From the NCBI GenBank assembly GCA_964558675.1, contig CAZLEY010000006.1, positions 15,043-79,042 on the forward strand: DNA of 64,000 nt, given 5' to 3'. Both the position numbers and the translations under genes were made by a program. Shown piece after piece: positions 17,721-28,382 of the stretch. This DNA comes from an uncultured Dehalococcoidaceae bacterium. GTDB taxonomy: Bacteria > Chloroflexota > Dehalococcoidia > Dehalococcoidales > RBG-16-60-22. The notes below the pieces were generated by a model, which was not told the DNA's origin, made no database searches, and worked only from the letters and a program-made list of their open reading frames with translations. The stretch's first letter is position 1, and the number at the start of each line of letters is the position of its first letter.

Positions 17721-17767
17721 GTGATGTTTCTGTGAACTTTCATAAATCTTCTGTGATATTAATGTGA
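17721..17767 (+). promoter_or_regulatory. Four helically phased GTGA direct repeats (two as TTCTGTGA) upstream of the second HTH gene
   Basis: GTGA at 17721, 17732, 17753 and 17764 (spacings 11/21/11 bp). TTCTGTGA occurs at 17728-17735 and 17749-17756. The same 8-mer recurs at 38042-38049 and 32140-32147. Confidence 0.4.
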
Positions 17768-17881
17768 TTTAGCCCCAATATACTTCAAATGTACCAAGCA
17801 CTGCTAGCAACGATTATTTTGACAGTTCCGATTTTTCGACCAGGCAACCGATAAGGCAACCAAGTAAAAGGAGTAATAAGT

Positions 17882-18106
17882 TTGCAGAACGAATCTGAAC
17901 AGTGGATTCCTGAATATATCACTGTTGGTTTTATTGCCAAGCGTTGCGGTGTTAGCAATACGACTGTATTGCGGTGGATTACCACCGGGCAGCTACCGGC
18001 TTTCAGACTTCCCGGCGGTCATTACCGAATAGGGACGGAGAATTTCTCCGAATTTCTGACAAAATACAGCATGCCTGTACCAAACATATATATTGAAAAC
18101 CAGTAA
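17882..18106 (+). CDS. Small helix-turn-helix DNA-binding protein (excisionase/MerR-superfamily type), paralogue of 17319
   Basis: 74 aa. ITVGFIAKRCGVSNTTVLRWITTGQLPAFRLPGGHYRIGTENF. TTG start 9 nt after an AAAGGAG SD. Confidence 0.7.
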   Translation: MQNESEQWIPEYITVGFIAKRCGVSNTTVLRWITTGQLPAFRLPGGHYRIGTENFSEFLTKYSMPVPNIYIENQ

Positions 18107-18255
18107 AAAACACAGCAACAAGCAACATATGTAAAAACGATAACAGTGAGGTACAGGGAGATGATGTAACAAAAATATAACAACCGGTTTAGAAACTTAC
18201 AAAGAGGTGAACGATGAAAGCATTAAATACCCAAAACATTTCAGGAGGTGAAATT

Positions 18256-18621
18256 ATGCGTACGTTTTTGAAGAGAATACACCGAGAAAGTAAAGGCTTT
18301 ACCCTGGTAGAACTGCTTATCGTGGTCGCTATTCTGGGGGTACTGGCGGCGGTAGTCCTGCCCAATGTTACCGGGCTTGCCGGTGAGGGGCAGACCGAAG
18401 CTGCCAAGGCCGAGCTGGTAACTGTCCAGACAGCCATGGACACGATGATGGCAAAGACAGCTAAAACCTCAGTTACGGCCACCTCGGCAACCAGCAATAT
18501 GTCGGCATTCCCCACCGGTAACGTGCTGTACCCAACCTACCTGAGGACGGCGACAACCAAGGGTACATATTCCTGCAGCACTACCGGACTGGTGACACAG
18601 GCAACCACCGGTTATGAGTAG
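18256..18621 (+). CDS. pilA: Type IV pilin (prepilin-type N-terminal cleavage/methylation domain); likely the major pilin
   Basis: MRTFLKRIHRESKG/FTLVELLIVVAILGVLAAVVLPN is the canonical G/FTLxE motif. Start set to ATG 18256, 6 nt after an AGGAGGTG SD; the track start at 18214 is upstream of the SD. Confidence 0.85.
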   Translation: MRTFLKRIHRESKGFTLVELLIVVAILGVLAAVVLPNVTGLAGEGQTEAAKAELVTVQTAMDTMMAKTAKTSVTATSATSNMSAFPTGNVLYPTYLRTATTKGTYSCSTTGLVTQATTGYE

Positions 18622-18806
18622 ACTACCGGCTAAAAATACCAAGTAGGTACTGTTCAGGTATCAGGGAGACAGAAGTGGTCAGGTTCCTGGCTTAGCCATA
18701 CCTTGTTAGCAAGCAAGGTGTGGCAACAGGCGAGAAGTACCGAAGTTAATCAGCGACATGATTAGCTGAAATATAGTGTGGTCTTAGCACCAGACAAGGG
18801 CGAGTA

Positions 18807-21800
18807 ATGAAGGTAAGAACAAAACTGATTATCGGGTTTTCGGCGATTGTGGTCCTTTTATGGCTGATTGTTTCCTATGCCGGGAACAATTACGGAAACT
18901 TGAAGCAACAATTCACAGCCGTTGAAGAGGACATCATTCCCAACACAATGGACCTGACTGAAGTGGAAAAGGCAGCTGACGAAGCGTACCGCCAGTCAAT
19001 GGATTATATCCTTTACGATATCACCGAAGCGAAACAGAGCGCCATATACCAGATAAACTACCTCAATGATATCAGGAAAAAGTACGTATCTTATGAAGAC
19101 GACATTGAAAACGAGGAATATATAGCCAACCAGGAACTGATATCCAGAATAAACATGTTAATACTGGGCATTATCACAGTAATGAACCTCAAGGAAATGG
19201 GGGGCAGCCGTGATCAGATACTTGCCCAGGACCGCAATACAAGCCTTCCGGCACTTCTCGACCTGGAGCAGTTTATCAACGAACAAAAAGCAGCCAGTAT
19301 TGACGAACTGGCAGTGGTAAAAACCAACTTCCGGCAAGCTTATACCACAGGTATAAACTGGCTTTTCATTAGTGCCGGTCTGATTACACTTATTGCCGTA
19401 GCGGCCTCATTTCTTGTGACGAGGTCGATTACGCGGCCACTTCATGCCCTGCATAAAGGCACCGAGATAATCGCCAGGGGTAACCTGGATTACAAAGTCG
19501 GCACCAGGGCACAGGATGAAATAGGACAGCTGTCACGAGCTTTCGACCAGATGACCTTGAATCTGACGAGCAGCATGACATCAATAGACAACCTTAACCA
19601 GGAAATTGCCGAGCGCAAGCGGGCGGAGGAAGCCTTGCGGGAGTCCGAGGAGAAGTTCTCCAAAGCCTTCCGTTCCAATCCCGATTCAGCCTCTATTACC
19701 ACGTTTAAAGATGGCATATTTATTGACGTCAATGAAAGTTTTACACGCGACAATGGCTACACCCGTGAAGAGGTGATTGGCCAAAGCTCAAGAGAACTCG
19801 ATATCTGGGCAAAGCCAGAAGAGCGCGACAGAATATTAAAGAAGCTAAGGAAACATGGCAGAGTTGCATATGAGGAATACAGTGCCCGCACAAAGTCAGG
19901 CGAGATACGCACGATGTTGTTCTCTGCCGAGCCAATCAATGTTGCCGGCGAAGCCTGCATAATCGCCGTAACGACCGATATTACCGACCGTAAAAAGAGG
20001 GAGCAGCTACAACACGATGAGAATCACGTGCTTACCCTCTTAGGGCAGGGGGCAGAATTAAGCGAACTGCTGGATGCTATAGTGCGTTTGGGTGAAGAGC
20101 ATGATACTTCTATCAAAGGCTCTGTGCTGCTTTTTGATTCGTCAAAAGACTGCCTGGTTCAAGCGTCCGGCCCAAGTTTACCCGATGATTACAAAGAACT
20201 ATTAAAAGACGGGCTACCTATCGGGCCGAATGTGGGTTCCTGTGGAACCGCAGCGTACCTGAAGGAGCGGGTAATCGTCACAGATATTAAGAACAGCCCT
20301 CTTTTTAAACCTTTTGAGGAAGCTGTTAAGCGGTCAACCAACAACGGCCTGCTTTCCTGCTGGTCGCAACCTATCATCTCATCCAGCGGAGAGCTACTCG
20401 GCACCATAGCTAACTATAGCAATAAGGTGGGTGAGCCGGATGCCGACAACCTCAGGGTGCTGGAGTGGTCAGCTAGTATTGCTGCTATCGCCATCGAGCG
20501 CAAGCGGGCGGAGGAAGCCCTGGCTAACGAAGCGATCTGGCGGCGCATCCTGATCGAGCAGTCCCTAGACGGGATAGTTATCCTCGATGGGGACTCCAAA
20601 GTGTATGAGGCGAACCAGCGATTTGCCGAGATGCTCGGGTACTCCACCGAGGAAGTCCGTGAACTCCACACATGGGATTGGGATACTCAGTGGACACGTG
20701 AGGAACTGCTCGAGATGGGACGGAATGTCGACGAGACCGGTTACCACCTGGAGACATACTGGCAGCGTAAGGATGGTACGACCATTGACGTTGAAATCAG
20801 CATCAATGGAGCAACCATCGCAGGAAAGAAGTTTATCTTCTGTGTGTGCCGCAACATAACCGAGCGCAAGCAGGCGGAGATGGAGTTAATAACCAATGAA
20901 GAGCGCTTCCGCCTTATTGCGGATAACGCCACCGACATGATCTCGCGTATTCAAATGGCTCCGACAATAAGAACAGACTACGTGAGCCCATCCTGTTTTA
21001 ATATTACCGGCTACAAGCAGGAAGAGTTCTATGCCGACCCTAATCTCGGACTGGAAATGCTCCATCCAGATGATAGAGAGTTCTTCAATAAACACATCAT
21101 GTCTGGTAACAAAAAAAACCAGAAACCCATCACTATAAGAATGTTCCGTAAAGACGGCAGCATAATCTGGATAGAGCAGACCCATGCGATGATTTTTGAT
21201 GAGCACGGCGAACCTTCAGCCATGCACCTCATCGCCCGTGACATCACCGCGCGCAAGCAGGCCGAGGAGGCCCTGCGGGAGTCCGAACAGAAGTTCTCTA
21301 AAGCCTTCCGTTCCAGTCCCAATACCATTGCTATTACCACACTCAAGGATGGCGAATTCATTGAAGTCAATGATAGTTTCACCAACATTACCGGCTATAC
21401 CCGCAAAGAGGTAATCGGCCGTAATTCAAAGGACATTGATATCTGGGCAAAGGCTGAGGACCGCGACAGAATGCTCAAAATGCTGCAAGACAAAGGCCAG
21501 GTTTATAATGAAGAATTCGACTTCCGTGTAAAGTCAGGTGAGATACGAACCTGGTTGTTCTCCGCCGAGCGGATAGACATAGGCGGCGAATTATGTATTA
21601 TTTCCATGACAATTGACATCACCGAGCTCAAGAGGGCACAGACAGCCCTAAGCGAGAGCGAGGAGAAATTCTCCAGAGCCTTTTCCTCCAGTCCCGATAT
21701 AATCACTATCGTCCACATTAAAAGTAATACATTCATTGAGGTGAACGATAATTATATTAATTTTACCGGCTACACCCGTGATGAAGTTATTGGCCACACT

Positions 21801-22742
21801 GCGTCTGAGATAGGCATCTGGGCGAAGAAAGAGGAGCGCGACAGGATATTGGAGATAATGAATAAACAGGGGAGCGTAAGTAACGAAGAAGTTCACTTAC
21901 GTACGAAGTCAGGCGATATACGACTGGCCATGTTCTCGTCCGAGCAAATCCTCATTGGTGGTGAACCGTGTTCAATCGCCGTGGTAATCGACATCACCGA
22001 AAGCAAGGCCGCCGAAGAGAAGCTCAAACAGACGCTGGCAAAGCTGGAAAATTCCAGTGCACAGCTGGCGGCAACCAACAAAGAGCTGGAAGCCTTCAGC
22101 TATTCCGTCTCTCATGACCTGCGGTCACCGCTCAGGAGTATCGACGGCTTCAGTCAGGCATTACTGGAAGACTACGAGAATAAGCTTGATGAGAATGGAC
22201 AGGACTATCTGCAACGCCTACGAGGTGCCAGTCAAAAAATGGGTGAACTCATTGATGGCATGCTGAAGCTGTCTCGTCTGACTAGGAGCGAAATGCACAA
22301 AGATAAGGTTAACCTGAGTACGCTGGTAGAGGAAATCACAGCCAGACTTCATGAAAATCAGCCGGAACGCGATGTTAATTTTGTCATTAGTAAAGGGCTA
22401 AGCGACAGGGGAGACCCCGAGCTATTGAGAGCACTGTTCGAGAACCTGCTCGGTAATGCCTGGAAGTTTACCAGCAAGTGTGAGAAGACAAGAATAGAGT
22501 TCGGTACTGCCCAGAATGGTGGCAAGAAAACTTACTTCATAAACGATAATGGTGCCGGCTTCGACATGACCTATGTTGATAAATTGTTTAGCGCTTTCCA
22601 GCGCCTGCACGAAACCAGCGAATTCCCCGGAACCGGCATTGGTCTGGCAACAGTACAGCGAATCATTAACCGCCACGGTGGTAGTATCTGGGCTGAAGGA
22701 GCTGTGGGGAAAGGCGCCACCTTCTATTTTACTCTCAACTAA
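18807..22742 (+). CDS. Membrane sensor histidine kinase: helical ectodomain, TM, HAMP, PAS, GAF, four further PAS, HisKA, HATPase_c
   Basis: 1311 aa. Two TM segments flank a ~160-aa ectodomain. HAMP (RPLHALHKGTEIIARGNLDYKV..DEIGQLSRAFDQM), then a GAF-like region (res ~400-560). H-box FSYSVSHDLRSPLRSIDGF, N/G boxes (LGNAWKF, NDNGAGF, GTGIGLA). Confidence 0.9.
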   Translation: MKVRTKLIIGFSAIVVLLWLIVSYAGNNYGNLKQQFTAVEEDIIPNTMDLTEVEKAADEAYRQSMDYILYDITEAKQSAIYQINYLNDIRKKYVSYEDDIENEEYIANQELISRINMLILGIITVMNLKEMGGSRDQILAQDRNTSLPALLDLEQFINEQKAASIDELAVVKTNFRQAYTTGINWLFISAGLITLIAVAASFLVTRSITRPLHALHKGTEIIARGNLDYKVGTRAQDEIGQLSRAFDQMTLNLTSSMTSIDNLNQEIAERKRAEEALRESEEKFSKAFRSNPDSASITTFKDGIFIDVNESFTRDNGYTREEVIGQSSRELDIWAKPEERDRILKKLRKHGRVAYEEYSARTKSGEIRTMLFSAEPINVAGEACIIAVTTDITDRKKREQLQHDENHVLTLLGQGAELSELLDAIVRLGEEHDTSIKGSVLLFDSSKDCLVQASGPSLPDDYKELLKDGLPIGPNVGSCGTAAYLKERVIVTDIKNSPLFKPFEEAVKRSTNNGLLSCWSQPIISSSGELLGTIANYSNKVGEPDADNLRVLEWSASIAAIAIERKRAEEALANEAIWRRILIEQSLDGIVILDGDSKVYEANQRFAEMLGYSTEEVRELHTWDWDTQWTREELLEMGRNVDETGYHLETYWQRKDGTTIDVEISINGATIAGKKFIFCVCRNITERKQAEMELITNEERFRLIADNATDMISRIQMAPTIRTDYVSPSCFNITGYKQEEFYADPNLGLEMLHPDDREFFNKHIMSGNKKNQKPITIRMFRKDGSIIWIEQTHAMIFDEHGEPSAMHLIARDITARKQAEEALRESEQKFSKAFRSSPNTIAITTLKDGEFIEVNDSFTNITGYTRKEVIGRNSKDIDIWAKAEDRDRMLKMLQDKGQVYNEEFDFRVKSGEIRTWLFSAERIDIGGELCIISMTIDITELKRAQTALSESEEKFSRAFSSSPDIITIVHIKSNTFIEVNDNYINFTGYTRDEVIGHTASEIGIWAKKEERDRILEIMNKQGSVSNEEVHLRTKSGDIRLAMFSSEQILIGGEPCSIAVVIDITESKAAEEKLKQTLAKLENSSAQLAATNKELEAFSYSVSHDLRSPLRSIDGFSQALLEDYENKLDENGQDYLQRLRGASQKMGELIDGMLKLSRLTRSEMHKDKVNLSTLVEEITARLHENQPERDVNFVISKGLSDRGDPELLRALFENLLGNAWKFTSKCEKTRIEFGTAQNGGKKTYFINDNGAGFDMTYVDKLFSAFQRLHETSEFPGTGIGLATVQRIINRHGGSIWAEGAVGKGATFYFTLN
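19611..19994 (+). repeat. PAS module copy 1 of 5 (128 codons, [10 protein letters not shown]-type)
   Basis: [58 protein letters not shown]...IAVTTDITDRK. Same length and frame structure as the other four copies. Confidence 0.8.
21249..21632 (+). repeat. PAS module copy 2 of 5
   Basis: [60 protein letters not shown]...[14 protein letters not shown]-level similarity to copy 4 is visible by eye. Confidence 0.8.
21624..22007 (+). repeat. PAS module copy 3 of 5 (directly abuts copy 2, sharing the linker)
   Basis: ELKRAQTALSESEEKFSRAFSSSPDIITIVHIKSNTFIEVNDNYINFTGYTRDEVIGH...IAVVIDITESK. Confidence 0.75.
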
Positions 22743-22754
22743 AGGAGGACAGAA

Positions 22755-23219
22755 ATGGCTGCAAGAGGAGAAACAATACTGCTGGTAGAGGATAACCCTG
22801 ACGATGTAGAGCTGACGCTGCGGGCATTCCGCAAAAACAAAATCGCCAACAATACGGTGATAGTCCGTGACGGCGCCGAAGCTCTGGACTACCTCTTCGG
22901 CACCGGAACCTATGCTGACCGTGATACCAGCGACGCGCCAAGGATTGTTCTGCTCGATTTGAAATTGCCCAAATTGAACGGACTCCAGGTACTGGAACGC
23001 CTGCGTGCCGACGAGCGTACCAAGCTGACACCGGTGGTTATCCTCACCTCGTCAAAAGAAGAACAGGACCTTATCCGTGGATACAAGTCCGGGGCTAACA
23101 GCTATGTTCGCAAGCCGGTTGACTTTAACCAATTCGTTGAAGCCGTACGCAACATAGGACTTTACTGGTTGCTAATAAATGAATCACCGATTCAAAATCA
23201 GCAGCTACTAAATAGCTAA
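22755..23219 (+). CDS. Single-domain response regulator (CheY/Rcp1-like receiver)
   Basis: ILLVEDNPDDVELT, VLLDLKLPKLNG (phospho-acceptor D), VVILTSS, YVRKP. AAGGAGG SD. It lies 12 nt after the kinase stop. Confidence 0.9.
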   Translation: MAARGETILLVEDNPDDVELTLRAFRKNKIANNTVIVRDGAEALDYLFGTGTYADRDTSDAPRIVLLDLKLPKLNGLQVLERLRADERTKLTPVVILTSSKEEQDLIRGYKSGANSYVRKPVDFNQFVEAVRNIGLYWLLINESPIQNQQLLNS

Positions 23220-23254
23220 CAATGGTAAAAATACTGGTAATCCGGTGACGTAGA

Positions 23255-26224
23255 ATGGAAGATAAAACCATTAATGTCTTGCTTATCGAAGACAACCCTG
23301 ATGATGCCGAGTTGATACGCAGGAAACTGACTAAATCCGTAAACAGACAGTTTACGGTAACAGCTGTAATAAGTTTGAAAGACGGCCTGGCAGAGCTATC
23401 CACCAGTTCGCCTGACCTGATTCTATCGGACCTGGGTCTGCCAGACAGTCACGGACTTGATACGGTCACCAAAGTATTGCAGATGGCGCCCAATATCCCT
23501 CTGGTAGTGTTAAGCGGCTTCGATGACGAAGCTGTAGCCATCAAGGCAGTTCAGCTCGGCGCACAGGACTATCTCGTGAAAGGGCAGATGGATAGCAGCC
23601 AGATAGAGCGCTCCCTTTTCTATGCCATTGAACGGTCCCGGCTGCAGGGGGAACTTGAGCAGCATACAGAAGAACTGAAGAAAATCCAGGCCAATCTTTT
23701 TAAAATCCTGGACAAGAACGCCGATGCCATTATTGTTGTCAGCAAGGAAAAGCAACCACTCTTCATTAACCCGGCCGCGGAATCCCTCTTCAGGCGTAAA
23801 AAGAAAGATTTACTGAATAAACCATTTGCTTTTTCACTTAAGGGAGGCAAGACATCAGAGATTGAAATTAAGTATGACGACGGCGAAATAACCGTAGCCG
23901 AAATGCGCGTGGTAGATATTAACTGGGAGGGTGAACCCGCCTACCTGGCATCACTGCGTGATGTTACCGAGCGTAAGAAGGCTGGGAAGCTCATCCGGCA
24001 GCAAAAGGAATTCTTGAGCAATGTATTTGAGTCTATCACTCAACCCTTCTATGTTGTAGATGCCAATGATTATAGTATTCAAATGGCGAATAAAGCCACG
24101 CGATTTGATAGTTCAGCAGAAGCTAAGAACTGCTATACCGTTGTCCATAATAAAGACAAGCCGTGTGCCGGTGAAGGCTATGTTTGCCCACTTGAAGAAG
24201 TAAAACGTACCAAAAAACCTGTGGTTGTGGAGCATACCCATACCGATGAAGAGGGCAATATAAGAAGCCTGGAAGTACACGGCTACCCTCTTTTTGATAC
24301 CGAAGGAAATGTCGTCCAGATGATAGGGCATTGTTTGGATATCACCGAGCGCAAGCAGGCTGAGAATGCACTGCGAGAGTCAGAGGAAAAGTTCTCCAAA
24401 GCCTTCCGTTCCAGCCCTGACATGATTGCTATCACTACGGTTAAGGAAGGCAGGTTTGTTGAAGTTAATGATAGTTTCACCAATACCACGGGCTATACGC
24501 GTGAAGAGGTGACTGGCCGTAATTCAGATGAGATAAATATCTGGGCAAAGGCAGAGGACCGCGCCAGGATGGTACAGATACTGAAGGAACAAGGCAGAGT
24601 CTACCAGGAAGAATTTCAGTTCCGTACGAAGTCAGGTGAGGTACGTTTGTGGCTTTTCTCAGCGGAACAGATTAATATCGGCAACGAACCATGCCTCATC
24701 TCCATGACCATAGATATCACCGAACGAAAGCAGGCTGAAGAGGCGCTTCGCTTCTCGGATGCCGCTTTCAAGTCTATCCACGAGAGTGTCATCGCCATAG
24801 ACACGGAATACACCATTACACACTGGAATGAAATCAGTGAACAGATTTACGGTGTCAAAGCCTCAGAGGCGATTGGCAAGAATCTCCTGAGTGTTATTGA
24901 GATAGTGGAAAACTACCCTGGAGAAAACGAAGAGCGCTTCAATAACCTTGAGATCAGCGGCTATCACCAGGAGGAGCAACTGCATCGGACAAAGCACGGC
25001 GAGGTGTGGGTTGATGTAAGTTTTCAGGCGATAGAGGGAAACGGTAAACGATACGGATGGGTGTCTCTGGCAACGGCCATAACCCAGCGTAAGCTGGCGG
25101 AAGAGGCATTGAAACGGAGCGAGGAAAAATACCGTGAACTCATCAGTACCTCTAAAGACGGAATAATATCCGTTGACCTACAGATGAGGGTCATCATATG
25201 GAACCAGGGAGCCGAAAAAATATATGGCTATACGGAAAAAGAGATGCTCGGTCAATCAATTATGAAGGTTATCCCCGAAAGAGACAGAGATAAGACGAAA
25301 AAGCTGCTGGCCCGCTTAAGCGATCCCAAATCAGTTAATTCCACGTACAGGGTAGTTGAAGGTGAAGGCCTGAGGAAAGACATGACCGAGGTTCCTATCG
25401 AGCTCTCATTATCATCAAGAAAAGCTGAAGATACGTGTATCGTGACAGCCATCATAAGAGATATTACCGAACGTAAAGAGGCCGAGGAAAAACTGAGGGA
25501 AATAGACAAGATGAAATCTGAATTCCTCTCCAACGTCTCACACGAGCTGCGCACGCCACTACAGTCAATCGGTGGTTTTACCAAGCTAATCCTCGAAGGT
25601 AAAGTACCTGACTTGGCAACCCAGCAAGAATTCCTGCAAATTATAGATAGGGAGAGCCAGCAACTCGGCGTCCTTATTAACAGTCTGCTGGATATGTCAC
25701 GCCTTGAGTCCGGCCATTTTGAGATAAACAAGAGGCTCCTGCCGATAAGGGATACTATCGTCGATTCCATACAGATATTCCATAGTCTGGCCCGGGACAA
25801 GGACGTCGAACTCAGCGAAGAAATACCACCCGTACTACCTGAGATAGAGATAGATGCCGAACGACTGAGGCAAGTGGTCATCAACCTGCTCAGCAACGCC
25901 ATCAAATTCAGCGACCCCGGAGGCAGTGTCAAAGCCAGAGTAGAGAGCCGAAACGGAGAGCTGCTGTTTCAGGTCAGCGATAAGGGTGTCGGCATAAACG
26001 AGGAATCCATGCCGCACCTCTTTGAAAGGTTTTACAGAGCCGAAGATAAGCTGGCCAGGGGCGGCACCGGACTGGGACTCTATATATGCAGGCAGATTAT
26101 CGAGGCACATGGTGGGCATATCTGGGCGGAGAGCGAAATAGGTAAAGGTAGCACTTTTAGTTTTACCTTGCCCCTGAATGGCAAAGGAGGAAACGGTCAT
26201 GCAAAAGAAAATCCTAGTAATTGA
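23255..26224 (+). CDS. Hybrid sensor kinase: N-terminal receiver, multiple PAS, HisKA, HATPase_c
   Basis: 989 aa. Receiver ([37 protein letters not shown]). At least four PAS regions. H-box [19 protein letters not shown], plus [18 protein letters not shown]. Confidence 0.9.
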   Translation: MEDKTINVLLIEDNPDDAELIRRKLTKSVNRQFTVTAVISLKDGLAELSTSSPDLILSDLGLPDSHGLDTVTKVLQMAPNIPLVVLSGFDDEAVAIKAVQLGAQDYLVKGQMDSSQIERSLFYAIERSRLQGELEQHTEELKKIQANLFKILDKNADAIIVVSKEKQPLFINPAAESLFRRKKKDLLNKPFAFSLKGGKTSEIEIKYDDGEITVAEMRVVDINWEGEPAYLASLRDVTERKKAGKLIRQQKEFLSNVFESITQPFYVVDANDYSIQMANKATRFDSSAEAKNCYTVVHNKDKPCAGEGYVCPLEEVKRTKKPVVVEHTHTDEEGNIRSLEVHGYPLFDTEGNVVQMIGHCLDITERKQAENALRESEEKFSKAFRSSPDMIAITTVKEGRFVEVNDSFTNTTGYTREEVTGRNSDEINIWAKAEDRARMVQILKEQGRVYQEEFQFRTKSGEVRLWLFSAEQINIGNEPCLISMTIDITERKQAEEALRFSDAAFKSIHESVIAIDTEYTITHWNEISEQIYGVKASEAIGKNLLSVIEIVENYPGENEERFNNLEISGYHQEEQLHRTKHGEVWVDVSFQAIEGNGKRYGWVSLATAITQRKLAEEALKRSEEKYRELISTSKDGIISVDLQMRVIIWNQGAEKIYGYTEKEMLGQSIMKVIPERDRDKTKKLLARLSDPKSVNSTYRVVEGEGLRKDMTEVPIELSLSSRKAEDTCIVTAIIRDITERKEAEEKLREIDKMKSEFLSNVSHELRTPLQSIGGFTKLILEGKVPDLATQQEFLQIIDRESQQLGVLINSLLDMSRLESGHFEINKRLLPIRDTIVDSIQIFHSLARDKDVELSEEIPPVLPEIEIDAERLRQVVINLLSNAIKFSDPGGSVKARVESRNGELLFQVSDKGVGINEESMPHLFERFYRAEDKLARGGTGLGLYICRQIIEAHGGHIWAESEIGKGSTFSFTLPLNGKGGNGHAKENPSN
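24347..24730 (+). repeat. PAS module copy 4 of 5
   Basis: [60 protein letters not shown]...[11 protein letters not shown]. Confidence 0.8.
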
Positions 26225-26606
26225 GGACGACCCGGCTACATCAAGGCTAGTAGATTATTCACTCCGGCACGAAGGTTACCAGGTGTTCACGGCTTCAAAC
26301 GGATTGGATGGGATAAGGAAAGCGCACAATGAAATACCGGACCTTATCATTCTGGATGTGATGCTACCGGGTATAGATGGCTTCGAAATCTGCCACCAGC
26401 TGCGGTCTGAGCCTGATACCAATAAATTACCCATTCTTATGTTCTCAGCCAAAGCTCAGGAAATAGACAAGAATACCGGTCTGAAAGTAGGCGCCGACGA
26501 TTATCTGTCCAAACCCGCTGCCCCGGCTGACATAGTTAGCCATGTAGAGGCTCTGCTGGCAAAGAAGACACACGCAGCAACAGACCAGGAGAAAGTGAGT
26601 GGATAA
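26199..26606 (+). CDS. Single-domain response regulator, overlapping the pilB start
   Basis: [42 protein letters not shown] 26199 lies 7 nt after an AAAGGAGGA SD (track start 26178). It overlaps the kinase end by 26 nt, and its stop overlaps the pilB GTG start. Confidence 0.85.
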   Translation: MQKKILVIEDDPATSRLVDYSLRHEGYQVFTASNGLDGIRKAHNEIPDLIILDVMLPGIDGFEICHQLRSEPDTNKLPILMFSAKAQEIDKNTGLKVGADDYLSKPAAPADIVSHVEALLAKKTHAATDQEKVSG

Positions 26607-28308
26607 AGAAAATACCAAATCCCTCACCCCGGATAAATCTAACAAAAAGAGTTTGGGCGAGATGCTGGTTGAGGAGAACCTGCTCACCCGGGAGCAACTG
26701 GAGAGCGCATTAGCGCTGCAGCGACAGCAGGGAGGTAAACTTAACGACATTCTGATAAAACAAGGCCTGGTTAAACCTGAGACACTGGCCATCATGCTCA
26801 GTATCCAGCTAAACTTACCGTTAATAGACCTGAAGAGACACACCATACAGCCTCAGGCACTCCAGCTTATCCCCGAAGACATGGCCCGGAAACACGCCCT
26901 GATACCGATGGACATCGTTAATGACTCACTGATGGTGGTTATGGCTGACCCGGAGGACATACATACTATTGAAGACCTCAAGGCTCAGGCGAAGATGAGG
27001 GTTGAGGTATCGCTTGGCGTCCGCTCCGATATTGAACGCGCTATTAACATTAACTACAGGTCAAGCGGCGCCATTGAGAACAATGTAAGCAAGTTTGCGC
27101 CAGCCTCAGAAGATAAACCAGATGACACCCCGATACTTACGGCCAGGACACCGATTGCCGAGACCATTGACCTGCTTGTCGCCCAGGCAGTCAGGGACAG
27201 GGCATCGGATGTTCACATCGAACCACAGGAAGACAGGCTCCGGATTCGCTACAGGATTGATGGCATCCTGCATGACATGTTTTCCTTCCCACTCAGTATC
27301 CACATGCCGCTGGTATCACGCATAAAAATTCTGGCCGAGATGGACATCTCAGAACAGAGGCGCCCTCAGGACGGGCAATTCTCCGTAAAACTTGGCGATA
27401 ATGAAGTTGATATCCGCGTCGCCACTATGGAGACGCCCTGCGGAGAGAGAGTAACACTGCGGATTCTGGACAAGTCTCTGGCTCTATTCACTTTATCGGA
27501 ACTCGGGTTTTTACCCGGTATTCTTAAGACATACAAGGCGATGCTGAAGAGCCCTATCGGCATGATACTGGTGAGCGGCCCGACAGGTTCCGGCAAGACG
27601 ACCACACTTTACGCATCAATAAACGAGCTGGACAGGAATGAGCGCAATATCATGACGATTGAAGACCCCATTGAATACAACTTTATGGATATCAACCAGA
27701 CTCAGGTTAATAATAAAGCCGGGATTACCTTTGCCAGTGGCCTCAGGGCAATCATGCGCCACGACCCCGATGTCATCCTGGTCGGTGAGATACGGGACAC
27801 AGACACGGTGACAACCGCCATCCAATCCGCCCTCACCGGTCATCTGGTACTTTCCTCGATTCATGCCAATGATACCGTCGGTGTGCTTTCTCGACTGATG
27901 GACCTGGGCGTCGAACCGGCCTCAATATCATCAACATTGATTGGAGTCGTTGCCCAGCGCATGGTCCGGCGTATCTGCCCGAACTGCCGTGCCCCTTACC
28001 AACCAACCGAAGAAGAGATGCAGGCGTTCAACAAGGAAATTGAGCGGGAGACCCCCACATTTTATTCTGGAAGCGGATGTAACCTCTGTGCCAATACCGG
28101 CTACCGGGGTCGAACGGGTATCTTCGAATTCCTGATAATGAGTGAGGATATAAGGAAGATGCTAAGGAGCAATGCCGGCTCCAGTGAAATTAGAACACAG
28201 GCGATTAGCGAGGGAATGGTAACGATGAAACGTGACGGGATGCTCAAGGTAAAAGAGGGCATTACATCAATAAGTGAAGTGCTGCGAAATGTATTTTCTA
28301 TTAACTAA
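26599..28308 (+). CDS. pilB: Type IV pilus assembly ATPase (GspE/PilB family)
   Basis: 569 aa. T2SSE N-terminal domain (LGEMLVEENLLTREQLESALALQ...LIPMD), Walker A GPTGSGKTTTLYA, Asp/His boxes, and a tetracysteine motif (CPNC...CNLC). Confidence 0.9.
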   Translation: MDKENTKSLTPDKSNKKSLGEMLVEENLLTREQLESALALQRQQGGKLNDILIKQGLVKPETLAIMLSIQLNLPLIDLKRHTIQPQALQLIPEDMARKHALIPMDIVNDSLMVVMADPEDIHTIEDLKAQAKMRVEVSLGVRSDIERAININYRSSGAIENNVSKFAPASEDKPDDTPILTARTPIAETIDLLVAQAVRDRASDVHIEPQEDRLRIRYRIDGILHDMFSFPLSIHMPLVSRIKILAEMDISEQRRPQDGQFSVKLGDNEVDIRVATMETPCGERVTLRILDKSLALFTLSELGFLPGILKTYKAMLKSPIGMILVSGPTGSGKTTTLYASINELDRNERNIMTIEDPIEYNFMDINQTQVNNKAGITFASGLRAIMRHDPDVILVGEIRDTDTVTTAIQSALTGHLVLSSIHANDTVGVLSRLMDLGVEPASISSTLIGVVAQRMVRRICPNCRAPYQPTEEEMQAFNKEIERETPTFYSGSGCNLCANTGYRGRTGIFEFLIMSEDIRKMLRSNAGSSEIRTQAISEGMVTMKRDGMLKVKEGITSISEVLRNVFSIN

Positions 28309-28382
28309 AAAGGAGGAGGACTGTATAAATCAGGGACTTGAGGTTAATAACTACTTATGCAAATCAATTTCAGAGGTAATTA

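Noticed and set aside
17319-18106. Excisionase-type HTH genes as markers of a prophage or integrative element
   Set aside because: No integrase, recombinase, att-like direct repeats, tRNA target or phage structural genes occur anywhere in the window. The flanks are pilus and signalling genes.
19490-24816. Family of short antisense ORFs sharing [11 protein letters not shown]-like peptides (19490-19753, 21029-21388, 21503-21736, 24283-24489, 24616-24816)
   Set aside because: Their similarity is just the reverse-complement reading of the repeated PAS modules. They are evidence for the DNA repeat, not for genes.
25252-25932. 226-aa minus-strand ORF inside the hybrid kinase gene
   Set aside because: It lies entirely antisense to a kinase region with clear HisKA/HATPase motifs. 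Its Ser/Leu-rich low-complexity translation has no SD or family resemblance, so it is a shadow ORF.
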